DNA from: an uncultured Chloroflexia bacterium
GTDB lineage: Bacteria; Chloroflexota; Limnocylindria; Limnocylindrales; CSP1-4
Length of the DNA: 64,000 nt
Assembly (NCBI GenBank): GCA_963746075.1
Contig: CAVUZY010000004.1
Coordinates: forward strand, 663,848 to 727,847
Direction: 5' to 3'
In this document: in pieces, positions 8,434 through 18,031 of the stretch
How the letters are laid out: each line of letters opens with the position of its first letter
Numbering within the stretch: the first letter of the stretch is position 1
Notes under the pieces: model-generated
What the model was told of the DNA's origin: nothing
The model's database searches: none
The model's input: the letters and a program-made list of their open reading frames with translations, nothing else
Position numbers and translations under genes: made by a program

Positions 8434-9386
8434 ACAGCCCGCTGTACGAGTGCAGCCCGTTGAACCAGAGCGAGCCGGAGTAGGTGACGAGCACCATCCC
8501 GAACGCCACGACCAGGAGCAGCGCCGCCGGCCGGCCCGCCCACGACTTCTGGTTGCGAGCGTGGAGGTAGACCGCGTAGGACAGCCAGGTGATCAGCGCC
8601 GCCGTCTCCTTCGGGATCCCAGCCCCAGTAGCGCGACCAGGCGATCGAGGCCCACCACGAGCCGAGGATGATCATCGTCGCGAAGATCGGGAAGCCGATG
8701 ATCACCGACCGGTAGGCCACCTCGTCCAGGACCTTGTGGCCGGGCAGCCAGGCGAAGCGGTCCTCGGTGCCCTGGATCAGGAACGCGACCCCGGCCGCGA
8801 AGCTCGTCGCGAAGATCCCGTAGCTGAGCACCGCCAGCCCGACATGGATCGTGATCAGCGGCGGGTTCTGGAGGGCCGGCACGAGCTGGCTGATCTGCGA
8901 CGGCAGGCTCGCGGCGTAGAGCAGCAGGGCCAGCGCCACGCCGGTCGGGATGAAGCCGATCGAGCGGATCGGGTAGCGCCGCGACAGCCACAGGTAGCCG
9001 CCGACGATCGACGTCGCGAAGGCGACGGTGAACTCGAACATGTTGCCCCACGGCCCGCGCCCGACCACGAGCCCGCGCGCCAGGAGATAGCCGGCCAGCG
9101 AGGCAAACCCGACCAGCGCGATCACCCCGGCTGCCCGGCCGAGCGGCGTCGGGGCCAGCCCGAGCGGGGTGGCGGCCGGGTCAGCGCCGGCGGAGGCAAG
9201 GCGGGCGTCGGCGAACGAGCCGCTGACCGCGCCGGCCCAGGCCGGCGCCGCGTTCGATCGGTTGAAGGCAAGGGCCAGCGGCCGCCGACCGTTGGCCAGG
9301 AGGACCGCGTGCCCGACATGGGCGGCGAACGCGATCGCGATCGCGACGACGCCGATCGGGAAGAGGATGGTGGCGATGACGTTCAT
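8434..9386 (-). CDS. ccsA: cytochrome c-type biogenesis protein CcsA/ResC (heme exporter); one single-base frameshift near 8594
   Basis: Polytopic membrane protein ending ...SRYWGWDP in the ORF frame. It then continues as KETAALITWLSYAVYLHARNQKSWAGRPAALLLVVAFGMVLVTYSGSLWFNGLHSYSGL* in the +1 frame, with the junction at the C run in gatcccgaagg. This gives the WGWDPKET tryptophan-rich WWD signature. Confidence 0.8.
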
Positions 9387-9446
9387 GGTTGCCTCAGCGA
9401 CGGTTCGCGCGGATCGAGGGTTCCGGCCGGCTCAGCGAAGCGGGCT

Positions 9447-9926
9447 CACGCGAGCGCCGCGCCGCCGGGTGGCGGGCCGTCGGTCGAGACGATCATCGTC
9501 CTTGGCCGCAGATCGAGCGTCAGGCCGCAGTTGCCGCACTCGGGGATGCCGGCCGACCGGACGACCTCGCACTTCGGGCAGCGCAGGAGCAGGTCGGACT
9601 TGTCGAGGTCGCAGCGGACCGCGCCGGCCGCGATAGATCAGGCCGTCGCGCGGGCAGTACGGCTCGCCCGCGGGGATGATCGGTCGCCCGAGATGGTCGA
9701 GCGGCGCGACCTTGGTGCCCTCGTTGTAGCGAACCTTCACGCGCGGCTTCGTGACCCCGTAGCCGAGCCAGGCGAGCGCCGCGAGGCTCAGCAACGGCCC
9801 GACGACGCCGACCAGCACGAACAGCGGCAGGAGGGCGATCAGGCCCGCCCAGTCGGGGATGACGAGCGTCGACAGGAAGCTCAGGAAGTCCGACCAGAGC
9901 TGCGAGATTCGGTCGAGGACGGTCAC
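9447..9926 (-). CDS. small membrane protein with a C-terminal four-Cys-pair zinc ribbon (one frameshift near 9600)
   Basis: N-terminal hydrophobic helices (LVIPDWAGLIALLPLFVLVGVVGPLLSLAALAWL), then ...PYCPRDGLIY. It continues in another frame as AAGAVRCDLDKSDLLLRCPKCEVVRSAGIPECGNCGLTLDLRPRTMIVSTDGPPPGGAALA*. It lies immediately upstream of ccsA on the same strand. Confidence 0.5.
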
Positions 9927-9964
9927 TGCCGCATTCTAGCCGGGTCGGGCGCGACGGCGGCGCC

Positions 9965-10549
9965 TCAGCGCTTCGCGGCGCGCTTGCCGTTGCCCTTCTT
10001 CGACGTCGCGCCGCGACCGGGCGACCAGCCCCGGCCGGCGTCGTCGGCGGCCGTCTCCTGGACCGAGCCGGGGGCTGGCTGCTGCAGCCGCGGCGGCACC
10101 GGCGGCCTTCGATTCCCGACCGACGGCGACGACAGCGTCGAGCGGGCCATCCGCTGGACGAGCCACGACGCGCCGGCCGTCCGCGCGCCGCGGTGCTGGA
10201 TCGCGAAGCGCAGGGCGCGGTCGTCGGTGACGACGAGGATCGACTCGGTCGCCAGCGAGCCGCCACCGGCCGGGGCGCCCGCGGCCATCGCGACGTCCTC
10301 GACCAGGGTCACGAGGATCGTGTCGGCCGTGTGCCGCCCGCCATACCGGACCGAGACGCCGTGGGCGATCCGCTCGCCGCGCAGGCCGCGCTCGGCCGGG
10401 CCGTCGAAGACGAGCTCGATCGCGACGTCCGGCGGGATCGCGGCCCGGAGCCGGCCGATGAGGGCGGCCGGCGGCTGGCGCTCGGGGCCCGACGACAGCT
10501 GGTGGAGCAGGTTCGTGCCGTCGACGAGCAGCCGGGTCGTGCCGGTCAT
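9965..10549 (-). CDS. NYN-domain (YacP/Rae1-like) predicted ribonuclease
   Basis: Probable start MTGTTRLLVDGTNLLHQL...VFDG (a PIN-like NYN signature), with a K/R-rich C-terminus. The 5' part of ORF 9965..10774 is an implausible Arg/Ser-rich stretch. Confidence 0.6.
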   Translation of the reverse strand: MTGTTRLLVDGTNLLHQLSSGPERQPPAALIGRLRAAIPPDVAIELVFDGPAERGLRGERIAHGVSVRYGGRHTADTILVTLVEDVAMAAGAPAGGGSLATESILVVTDDRALRFAIQHRGARTAGASWLVQRMARSTLSSPSVGNRRPPVPPRLQQPAPGSVQETAADDAGRGWSPGRGATSKKGNGKRAAKR

Positions 10550-10616
10550 CGGGTCGTTGCGGGGCGAGAGGCGGGTCACCGGCCAAGCGTAGTCGCTCCG
10601 GTAGCATTCGCCGCTG

Positions 10617-11514
10617 ATGTCTGCCCTTCGGCCCGCCGATGCCCCGACCGGCCTGCTCCTGCTCGTCGACCTCGACGGCGTCCTGTACCGCGGCGCGGAT
10701 CCGGTGCCGGGGGTCGGCGCGCTGCTCACGGCGCGGGCGGCCCTGGGCGATGACGTCGTGTACGTCACGAACAACTCGATGTGGTATCGCGCCGAGTACG
10801 TGGACCGGATCAGGGGGATGGGCGCGCCCGCGACGCGCGGACCGGATCGTCTCGTCGCCGCGCGCGACGGCGCTCTACCTGCGCGACCACGAGCCGTCGA
10901 TCCGGCACGTGCTGACGCTCGGGGCGAGCGGGATGGACCGCGAGCTCGAGGATGCCGGGTTCCGCGTCACCCGGGCCGGCGATGTCGCCGAGCTGATCCG
11001 CGGCGAGGGCATCGAGGGCACCGACGGCGGCAACGGCTGGGAAGCGGCCGGCCGGCCCGACGCGGTCGTGGTCGGGCTCGACCCGAAGATCGACTACCTG
11101 CGCCTGACGGTCGCGACCGACTGCATCCGGGCCGGTGCCCGCTTCATCGCGACGAATCGCGACCCGGTCTACCCGACGGAGCGGGCGCTGCGGCCGGGCG
11201 CGGGCTCGATCGTGGCGGCGGTCGAAGCGGCCAGCGGCGTGACGCCGGTCTCGATCGGGAAGCCCGAGCGCTACCTGCTCGAGGAGGCGGCGCGAGCCGT
11301 CGGCCGCGAGCCGACCGAGGCGATCATGATCGGCGACGGCCTGACGACGGACATCGCGGCGGCCCGGGCGGTCGGGGCCCGGAGCATCCTGATGCTGACC
11401 GGCGTCACGAGCCGAGCGGACGTCGAGGCGGCACCGACCGGCGAGCGCCCGACCGCCGTGGCGGCTGATGCTGCCGAGCTGGCCACGATCCTGGAGCGCC
11501 TCGCCGGCGTCTGA
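10617..11514 (+). CDS. HAD-superfamily subfamily IIA hydrolase (NagD-like); frameshift near 10840-10860
   Basis: LLLVDLDGVLYRGADPVPGVGALLTARAALGDDVVYVTNNS (ORF 10617..) continues in ORF 10639..11514 as IVSSPRATALYLRDHEPSIRHVLTLGASG...IGKPERYLLEEAARAVG...IMIGDGLTTDI. Confidence 0.75.
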
Positions 11515-11656
11515 CGGCGGTCGGACGTCGGACGATCACGCGTCATCGCCGCCGCCGGCGCGAGTACGGGGCGCGCTTCAACGACCCGGCGCTGGCCCAC
11601 CTCCGCATCCACCGTTTCCGCTCGACCGCGGACGCCCACGCCTGGCTGGCGACGCT

Positions 11657-12740
11657 TCAGGCCTGATCCGGCTCGGACCAGGCGTCGAACTCGGCCCGCA
11701 GGCGGCCGAGCGTCGCGTCGTCGGCGAAGGCGACGTCGAGGGCGCGGCGGTCGATCGTCCAGAGCTCGTCGGGCGTGAGCCCGATCTCGTCGACGGCGCG
11801 CTCGTACTCGTCGGTCAGCGAGAGATCCGACACGGTCGTGTCGTCGGTCGACAGGGTGACGGACACGCCGAGGCGGTGGAGGCGGGCCAGCGGGTGGGCG
11901 GCGATCGAGGGGACGATGCCGGCCTGCCAGTTCGAGCTCGGTGCCAGGTCGAGGGTCACGCCGCGGGCGATGAGCTCGCGGCAGAGGTCGGGGTCGTCGA
12001 TCGCGCCGGGGCCATGGGCGATCCGCTCCGGTTCCATCTCGAGCGCCCGGCGGACCTGGGCCGCGCCGCCCCACTCGCCGGCGTGGAGCGTGATCCGGAG
12101 GCCACCGGCGCGCGCCGCGTCGAACGCCGCCGGCGTGGAGGGCGGGGTCCGGGAACCGCTCCTCGGGTCCGGCCAGGTCCCAGCCGGTCAGCCCGTCGTC
12201 GCGAAACCGAGCGGCGACCTCGGCAAGCTCCCGGTTCTCGGCGGGATCGTGCGACCGGAGCGCTGTGCAGATGAGGCGAACCTCCGTCCCGGTGCGAGCG
12301 GCGGCGTCACGGGCTCCGCGCGCCACCGCCGCGATGCCATCCGCGAGGGAGAGCCCGCGCGCGACGTGGAGGAGCGGTCCCCACCGGATCTCGACATAGC
12401 GGACGTGCTCGGCGGCCTTCGTCTCGACGAGCTCCGCGGCGATCCGTTCGAGCGCCTCGGCGTCCTGCATGAGCGCGATCGGCAGGTCGAAGGCGCGCAG
12501 GAGCTCCGCCTGGGAGGTGCAGGGCATCGGGGCGACGAGCGCGGCCCGCATCCCCGCGAGGTCCCGCGGCGCGTCGACGTCCCGTGTCCGGGCCAGCTCC
12601 AACGCGGTCTCGATCCGGAGCGAGCCATCGAGATGGAGGTGGAGCTCGGCCTTGGGCATCGCCACCAGGCGCCGGCGACGTGCCGCGCGCGCGGCGCGGC
12701 CGCTGCCGTCGGCGGGATCGGGGCCGGTCGGAACAGCCAT
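11657..12740 (-). CDS. add: adenosine deaminase; frameshift near 12040-12130 (start may be 12659)
   Basis: N-terminus PKAELHLHLDGSLR...; C-terminal piece (ORF 11657..12037) IAHGPGAIDDPDLCRELIARGVTLDLAPSSNWQAG...SVTLSTDDTTVSDLSLTDEY. Confidence 0.8.
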
Positions 12741-12754
12741 GACCCGATGCTACG

Positions 12755-13766
12755 ATGCCGGCGATGACCCGGTCCCCCCAGCGCGTCGCGCTCGCCGTCG
12801 TCTGGCTGGCGATCGTGGCGGTCGTGTCGATCGGCGGCGCCGGACTGGTCGCGGCGATGGCGAACCAGCCGGGGACCGCCGCCCGGGCCGAGCTCACCAA
12901 CGACACCGACGCCGCGGCGATGGCCGCCCTCGACGACGCCCGCGCCGAGCTGGCCGAGCTGACCACCGAGGTCGATCGCCTGGGGGAGCTCGGTCGCGGC
13001 GCGCTGACCGCCCTCGTCTCGAGCGATTTTGCGACCCTGGATGCCGCGGTCACCGAGGGCGAGACGCTGGCCCGCACGATCGACAGCCACGCCGCCCGGA
13101 TCCGCGAGGACCTGCTCCTGCTGCCCGGCAGTGGCCCGAACGAGGCCCTGCTCTGGTCGCCCGAGATCGGCCGGCGGCGCGACCTGGCGCTGGCCGCGGT
13201 CCGGGCAACCGGCGGCCTCGAGGTTGGCTGGTCGCGGTTCGCGGCCGGCTCGACCGTCGCCAACCGGCTGACGACGCTCCTTGACCGACCACGACGTCCG
13301 GGCGGGCAAGGCGGCCGCGACGGGGCGCGACCGCAAGTACGCGGCCGCGCTCAAGACGCTCGCCGAGGCGCAGGCGATGCTCACCGAGGCGAAGAGCCTC
13401 CGGGATCGGCTCGCCAACACGGTCGACGTCACGACCCTGACCCAGTGGATCGGTCGCAACGAGGAGTACGACACGGCCCTCGCCCGCCTGTACCGCGCGA
13501 CGATCGACGCCAAGGGCAAGATCACGCAGGAGCTTCTGGACGCGGCCACGGCCGAACGCCGGGCGCATGGCTTCCTGCCGTCGAACACGAGCGGGCTGGT
13601 GATCATCCTCGCCGAGATCGGACGGGGCGGGCTCAATCAGGCGGTCATCGGCATCGAGGAGACGCGGGCGACCCTCCAGGCGGCAGTCGATCGATTGAGC
13701 GCGCCGGCGGCCGGCGAGTCGGGTGCGCCGGACGACGGTCTCGAGGCATCGCCGGGTCCCGGCTGA
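12755..13766 (+). CDS. hypothetical membrane-anchored protein (N-terminal TM helix then an extended Ala/Leu-rich domain); frameshift near 13280
   Basis: ORF 12755..13858 is plausible for ~175 aa and then turns to Arg/Gly-rich nonsense. ORF 13281..13766 continues plausibly (...LKTLAEAQAMLTEAKSLRDRLANTV...). It is divergent from add. Confidence 0.45.
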
Positions 13767-13953
13767 CGCCTCGGCGACGCCCGGCGTCGCGTCGGACGGC
13801 GCCCGCCCCGCCGCGCGCCGTCACCCTTGGCTATCGCCCGGCGCTCCGCGCACGCTGACCCGTCGGCAGCGCCCACCGCGGGTACACTGGCCCGACTGTC
13901 CGCCATCCGCGCTCGACCTCTGAGCGCGACCTCGCAACGAGGAGTGCCCATCC

Positions 13954-15468
13954 GTGCAGCTGCGCGTCGTCACCGATCAGCCATGGGACGTCAAGGCCGA
14001 CGTCCTCGCCATTCCGATCGTCGGCGAGCCGGCGTTCGACGGGCCCCTCGGCGAGCTCAACAAGCGGACCGGCGGCGAGCTGGCATCGCTCGCCGAGTTC
14101 GGTGAGCTGCGCGCGAAGCGCTACACCTCGACCGTCGCGGCCTCCGGCGAGCTGGCGGCAGGCCGCGTCCTGACGGTCAGCGCCGGCGACGCCGAGGAGC
14201 TCGATCGCGAGACCGTTCTCCATGTCGGCGCGGCGGCCGAGCACCGGCTGGGCGGCCGTCATGCCCGCTCCCTCGCGGTCTGGCTGACGCCCCTGGCCGA
14301 CGTCCTCGATGGCGGCGTCGAGGCCGTCGCGGAGCTCGTCGCCCGCGGGGTCGTCGAGGGCAGCTTCGACCCCAAGACCCTCTACCGCGACCACGACGAC
14401 GTGGCGACCGCGCCGCCGGTGATCGAGGAGCTGATCCTCGTCGCCCCGGGCGCGGACGCGGCTGCCGCCCAGAAGGCCGCCGAGCGCGGCGTGATCATCG
14501 GCGAGGGCGCCAACCACGCCAAGTCGCTCTCGAACCGCTCCGCCAACGACATCAGCCCCGAGGTCCTCGCCCAGGAAGCCCGCGACGTCGCCCAGAAGCA
14601 CGGCCTGTGGATCGACGTCATCGAGCCCGACCGTGCCCGCGAGCTCGGGATGGGGATGTTCCTCGCCGTCGGCCAGGGCAGCGACAACCCGCCGCGGATG
14701 ATCGTCATGCGCTCCGGCGGGGAAGGGGAGAAGGACGCCCTCGACCGCCACCTCGCGATCGTCGGCAAGGGCGTCTGCTTCGACTCCGGCGGCATCTCGA
14801 TCAAGCCATCCGAGCGGATGGAAGAGATGAAGATGGACAAGATCGGGGCGTGCACCGTGATCGCCGCGATCGCGACCGTCGCCCGCCTCGCACCCGGCAC
14901 GCCGTTGCTGGCGGTCGCGCCGGCCGTCGAGAACATGCCCGGCTCGCACTCGACCCGGCCCGGTGACGTCGTCAAGGCGCTCAACGGCAAGTGGGTCGAC
15001 ATCACGAACACCGACGCCGAGGGCCGCCTGATCCTGGGCGACGCGATGACGTATGCCGAGACGCTCGGCGCGACCCACATCGTCGACGTCGCCACGTTGA
15101 CTGGCGCGGTCTCGCGCGCGTTCGGGCATCTGATCACGGGCGCGTTCGGGACGCCGCAGGGCTGGTACGACGACGTCATGACGGCCGCCGACAAGGGCGC
15201 CGAGCGCTACTGGCAGATCCCGCTCGTCGACGACTACGTCCCGGACATGGAGAGCTGGTACGGCGATCTCCAGAACTCGAGCTCGGCCGAGGGCTCGCTG
15301 ATCAAGAGCGGCCTCTTCCTGCGCGAGTTCCGGACGGTGCCGTGGGCCCACCTCGACATCGGCGGCACGGGCTACTTCCGCAAGACCCTGCCGTACGCGG
15401 CGCGTGGCGCGACCGGCGTGACCCACGCGACGCTCGTCGAGCTGGCCCTGGCCGGGGCGAAGCGCTGA
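13954..15468 (+). CDS. pepA: leucyl aminopeptidase (M17 family)
   Basis: NTDAEGRL motif and VGKGVCFDSGGISIKP. Intact 504-aa ORF with a GTG start and GGAG 9 bp upstream. Confidence 0.9.
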   Translation: MQLRVVTDQPWDVKADVLAIPIVGEPAFDGPLGELNKRTGGELASLAEFGELRAKRYTSTVAASGELAAGRVLTVSAGDAEELDRETVLHVGAAAEHRLGGRHARSLAVWLTPLADVLDGGVEAVAELVARGVVEGSFDPKTLYRDHDDVATAPPVIEELILVAPGADAAAAQKAAERGVIIGEGANHAKSLSNRSANDISPEVLAQEARDVAQKHGLWIDVIEPDRARELGMGMFLAVGQGSDNPPRMIVMRSGGEGEKDALDRHLAIVGKGVCFDSGGISIKPSERMEEMKMDKIGACTVIAAIATVARLAPGTPLLAVAPAVENMPGSHSTRPGDVVKALNGKWVDITNTDAEGRLILGDAMTYAETLGATHIVDVATLTGAVSRAFGHLITGAFGTPQGWYDDVMTAADKGAERYWQIPLVDDYVPDMESWYGDLQNSSSAEGSLIKSGLFLREFRTVPWAHLDIGGTGYFRKTLPYAARGATGVTHATLVELALAGAKR

Positions 15469-15535
15469 CGATCCGGCCGAGCCGGGTCATCACCAGCCGC
15501 CGCACGATCATCAGCCGCCGGCTCGTCGACCGACC

Positions 15536-16180
15536 GTGAACGGCGTCGCGCTCGCGTTCGCGATCGGAGGGGCGCTGTTCGGCGCCCTCGCCGACCGGTT
15601 CGCCGTCCGCTGGCCCGAGCACGACGAGGAGCATCCGGCCGGCCGCGCGGTCGGTTGGCGGACCGTCGCCAGCGCCGGGATCGGGGCGTTCGCGTTCTGG
15701 CTCCTGGTCGATCGGCTGGGAACGGCCGAGCCGATCGTGCAGGTGCTGTTCGGCCTGTGGTTCGCGGCCCTCGTCGTCGGGTTCGCGATCGATCTCGATC
15801 AGCGGCTCCTGCCCGACGAGCTGACCCTGCCGTTCATCGGGCTCGGGCTGATCCTCGACGTCGTCGGGAAGAACCCGTTCGTCGGCGACAGCCTGCTGAT
15901 CACGGCCGTGCTCGCGGTCGCCGTGCCGGGGATCATCTATGTCGCCTCGATCCCGTTCGGCGCCGGGGCGTTCGGCTGGGGCGACGTGAAGCTGCTGGTC
16001 GGGGTCGGGCTGATGACCGGCTTCGTCCGCGCGTTCACCGGGCTGCTCGCGGGGTTGTTCGCCGCCGGCCTCGTGCTGGTGATCCTGCTCGCGATCCGAC
16101 GGATCGACCGGCATTCGTTCATCCCGTTCGGGCCGTTCCTGATCTTCGGCGCGCTGTGGGGGATCTTCGTCCGGTATTGA
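15536..16180 (+). CDS. prepilin (type IV leader) peptidase, A24 family
   Basis: Polytopic membrane protein containing the GAGAFGWGDVKLLVGVGL motif. Confidence 0.8.
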   Translation: MNGVALAFAIGGALFGALADRFAVRWPEHDEEHPAGRAVGWRTVASAGIGAFAFWLLVDRLGTAEPIVQVLFGLWFAALVVGFAIDLDQRLLPDELTLPFIGLGLILDVVGKNPFVGDSLLITAVLAVAVPGIIYVASIPFGAGAFGWGDVKLLVGVGLMTGFVRAFTGLLAGLFAAGLVLVILLAIRRIDRHSFIPFGPFLIFGALWGIFVRY

Positions 16181-16229
16181 GCGCCGCCATCGAGGGCGGC
16201 GAATGTTTCCGGTGCGGTGCGGCATCGCT

Positions 16230-16440
16230 TCTGGGCTGATAGGACGATCGTCAGGCTCGTTGCGGTGTTACAAGTTGGCTACAGTCGACAGCCCGGGTAT
16301 GATCGTGCTCAGCCGGTCGTCGCCTTGAGGGTGCCCGTCGGGGCGATCGAAACGGCGGGCGTAGCCGCCACCCGCGCCAAGCGCGCAACTGTTGCGCACC
16401 AGACGCGACCAACGGAGTTTGCTCGCACGATGACATCGCC
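16230..16440 (+). ncRNA. candidate structured 5' leader, possibly a ydaO-type c-di-AMP riboswitch, upstream of the M23 peptidase gene
   Basis: Long non-coding leader containing cccgucggggcgauc, compared with ydaO CCGUCGGGGAGCC as I recall it, plus a stem gcgcaa-cug-uugcgc. ydaO elements commonly precede cell-wall hydrolase genes in Actinobacteria. This is a match from memory only. Confidence 0.2.
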
Positions 16441-16443
16441 CCT

Positions 16444-17874
16444 GTGATGCGCCCCAGCGCGCACACGGACAAGAACCCGTCACGCAGCGCTCGGTCCCGC
16501 AGGACCGGCGAGCCGCCGCGCCCTCTCGCGCCGCGACCCCTCGCAGCGCTGGGCACGCCGCGCCGCCAGCGGCGCGGGCTCGCGCGTCTGCCGCTTCTTG
16601 TCCTGATCCCGCTCCTGGTCGCCCTGTTCGGCGGCCCGACCTCGCCGGTCGGCGCCGACGAGCTCAGCGACGCCAAGGCGCGCCAGGCGGCCCTCGCGAA
16701 GCAGCTCCGCGACCAGAAGCAGCAGGTCGCCCAGATCAACGCGCTCCAGACCGACCTCAGCTCCGAGATCTCCGCGACCCGCCGCCAGCTGAGCGGCATC
16801 AACGCCGACCTCACGGCGGTCAAGAAGTCGATCGGCTCGATGGTCGTGAAGATCAACGTCGTCCGCCGGAACTATCTCGCCCAGGTCGGCAAGCTCCAGC
16901 AGCTCGACATCCAGCTCGACCGGATCACGGTCGAGGAATCGGTCATGACGATCAACCTCCGCGAACGCAAGGCGCTGCTCGCCGAGCGGCTCCGCCAGGC
17001 GTACGACACCGACCGGACGTCGATGCTCGAGACCTTCCTGTCGGCCGGCTCGTTCACCGACGTCCTGTCGCAGGTCAGCTACACGATCGACGTCGGCGAG
17101 CAGGACAAGGCGCTGGCCGAGCAGATCGTCAGCGACCAGGAAGCGCTCAACGCGATGCGCCAGTCGGTCGCCGAGACCCGGACCGCCACCGACGAGCTGC
17201 GGATCGCGACCGCCGCCCAGAAGGTCAAGCTCGACGCCGCGCTCAAGGAGCTGAAGGCCGCCCAGAAGGAGCTCCGCAAGCTCGAGGTCGCCACGGCTCG
17301 CGCCCTCGCGATCCAGAAGGCGGCCTACCGCAAGCTCGCGGCCAACAAGACGAATCTCGCCAAGGCGATGAAGATCACGGCCAAGGCCAAGGCTGCGCTC
17401 GCCCGCCAGATCAGCGACCTCGTCGCGCAGCAGTACGCCCAGGGCAACATCCCGTCGCAGTACAACGGCACGCTCAAGTGGCCGATGGTCGGACAGGTCA
17501 CCCAGGACTACGGCTGCACCGGCTTCAGCTGGGAGCCGCCGCTCGGGTCATGCGCCCACTTCCACCAGGGCATCGACATCGTCGCCCCGAACGGGACCCC
17601 GGTGAAGTCGTCGGGCGCCGGCAAGGTCGTCTACTGCGGCTGGAACTACGCCGATGGCGCCGATCCGGCCTGGATCGTGATCATCGCCCACAGCCAGGCG
17701 CTCGAGACCTGGTACGCCCACCTCCAGCCGAGCTGCCCGGTGAACGCCGGCGGCAGCGTCCGCGCCGGGCAGACGATCGGCCACGAGGGCAACACGGGTC
17801 ACTCGACCGGCGCCCACCTCCACTGGGCGGTTCGGTTCAACAACGAGTTCGCCAACCCGCGGCTGTTCCTCTAG
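16444..17874 (+). CDS. M23-family peptidoglycan metalloendopeptidase with an N-terminal coiled-coil (EnvC-like); true start probably internal
   Basis: C-terminal HFHQGIDIVAPNGTPVKSSGAGKVVY...GHEGNTGHSTGAHLHWAV (LytM/M23 zinc ligands). The central region is Ala/Gln/Lys-rich coiled coil. The first ~50 aa of the ORF are Arg/Pro-rich and implausible. Confidence 0.85.
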   Translation: MMRPSAHTDKNPSRSARSRRTGEPPRPLAPRPLAALGTPRRQRRGLARLPLLVLIPLLVALFGGPTSPVGADELSDAKARQAALAKQLRDQKQQVAQINALQTDLSSEISATRRQLSGINADLTAVKKSIGSMVVKINVVRRNYLAQVGKLQQLDIQLDRITVEESVMTINLRERKALLAERLRQAYDTDRTSMLETFLSAGSFTDVLSQVSYTIDVGEQDKALAEQIVSDQEALNAMRQSVAETRTATDELRIATAAQKVKLDAALKELKAAQKELRKLEVATARALAIQKAAYRKLAANKTNLAKAMKITAKAKAALARQISDLVAQQYAQGNIPSQYNGTLKWPMVGQVTQDYGCTGFSWEPPLGSCAHFHQGIDIVAPNGTPVKSSGAGKVVYCGWNYADGADPAWIVIIAHSQALETWYAHLQPSCPVNAGGSVRAGQTIGHEGNTGHSTGAHLHWAVRFNNEFANPRLFL

Positions 17875-18031
17875 GCGCCGGCCCGCCCGGACGCCGGGCC
17901 ACCACGGCACGCGGGCCCGCAACCGGGGCCCTCCGCCGACCCGCGAATGGCGCTCGTCGACCACGAGAACGCAACGCGTTTCGTCATCGTCCGATGACGA
18001 GGCCGAATCCCGGCGGTGCTAGCATCACTCC

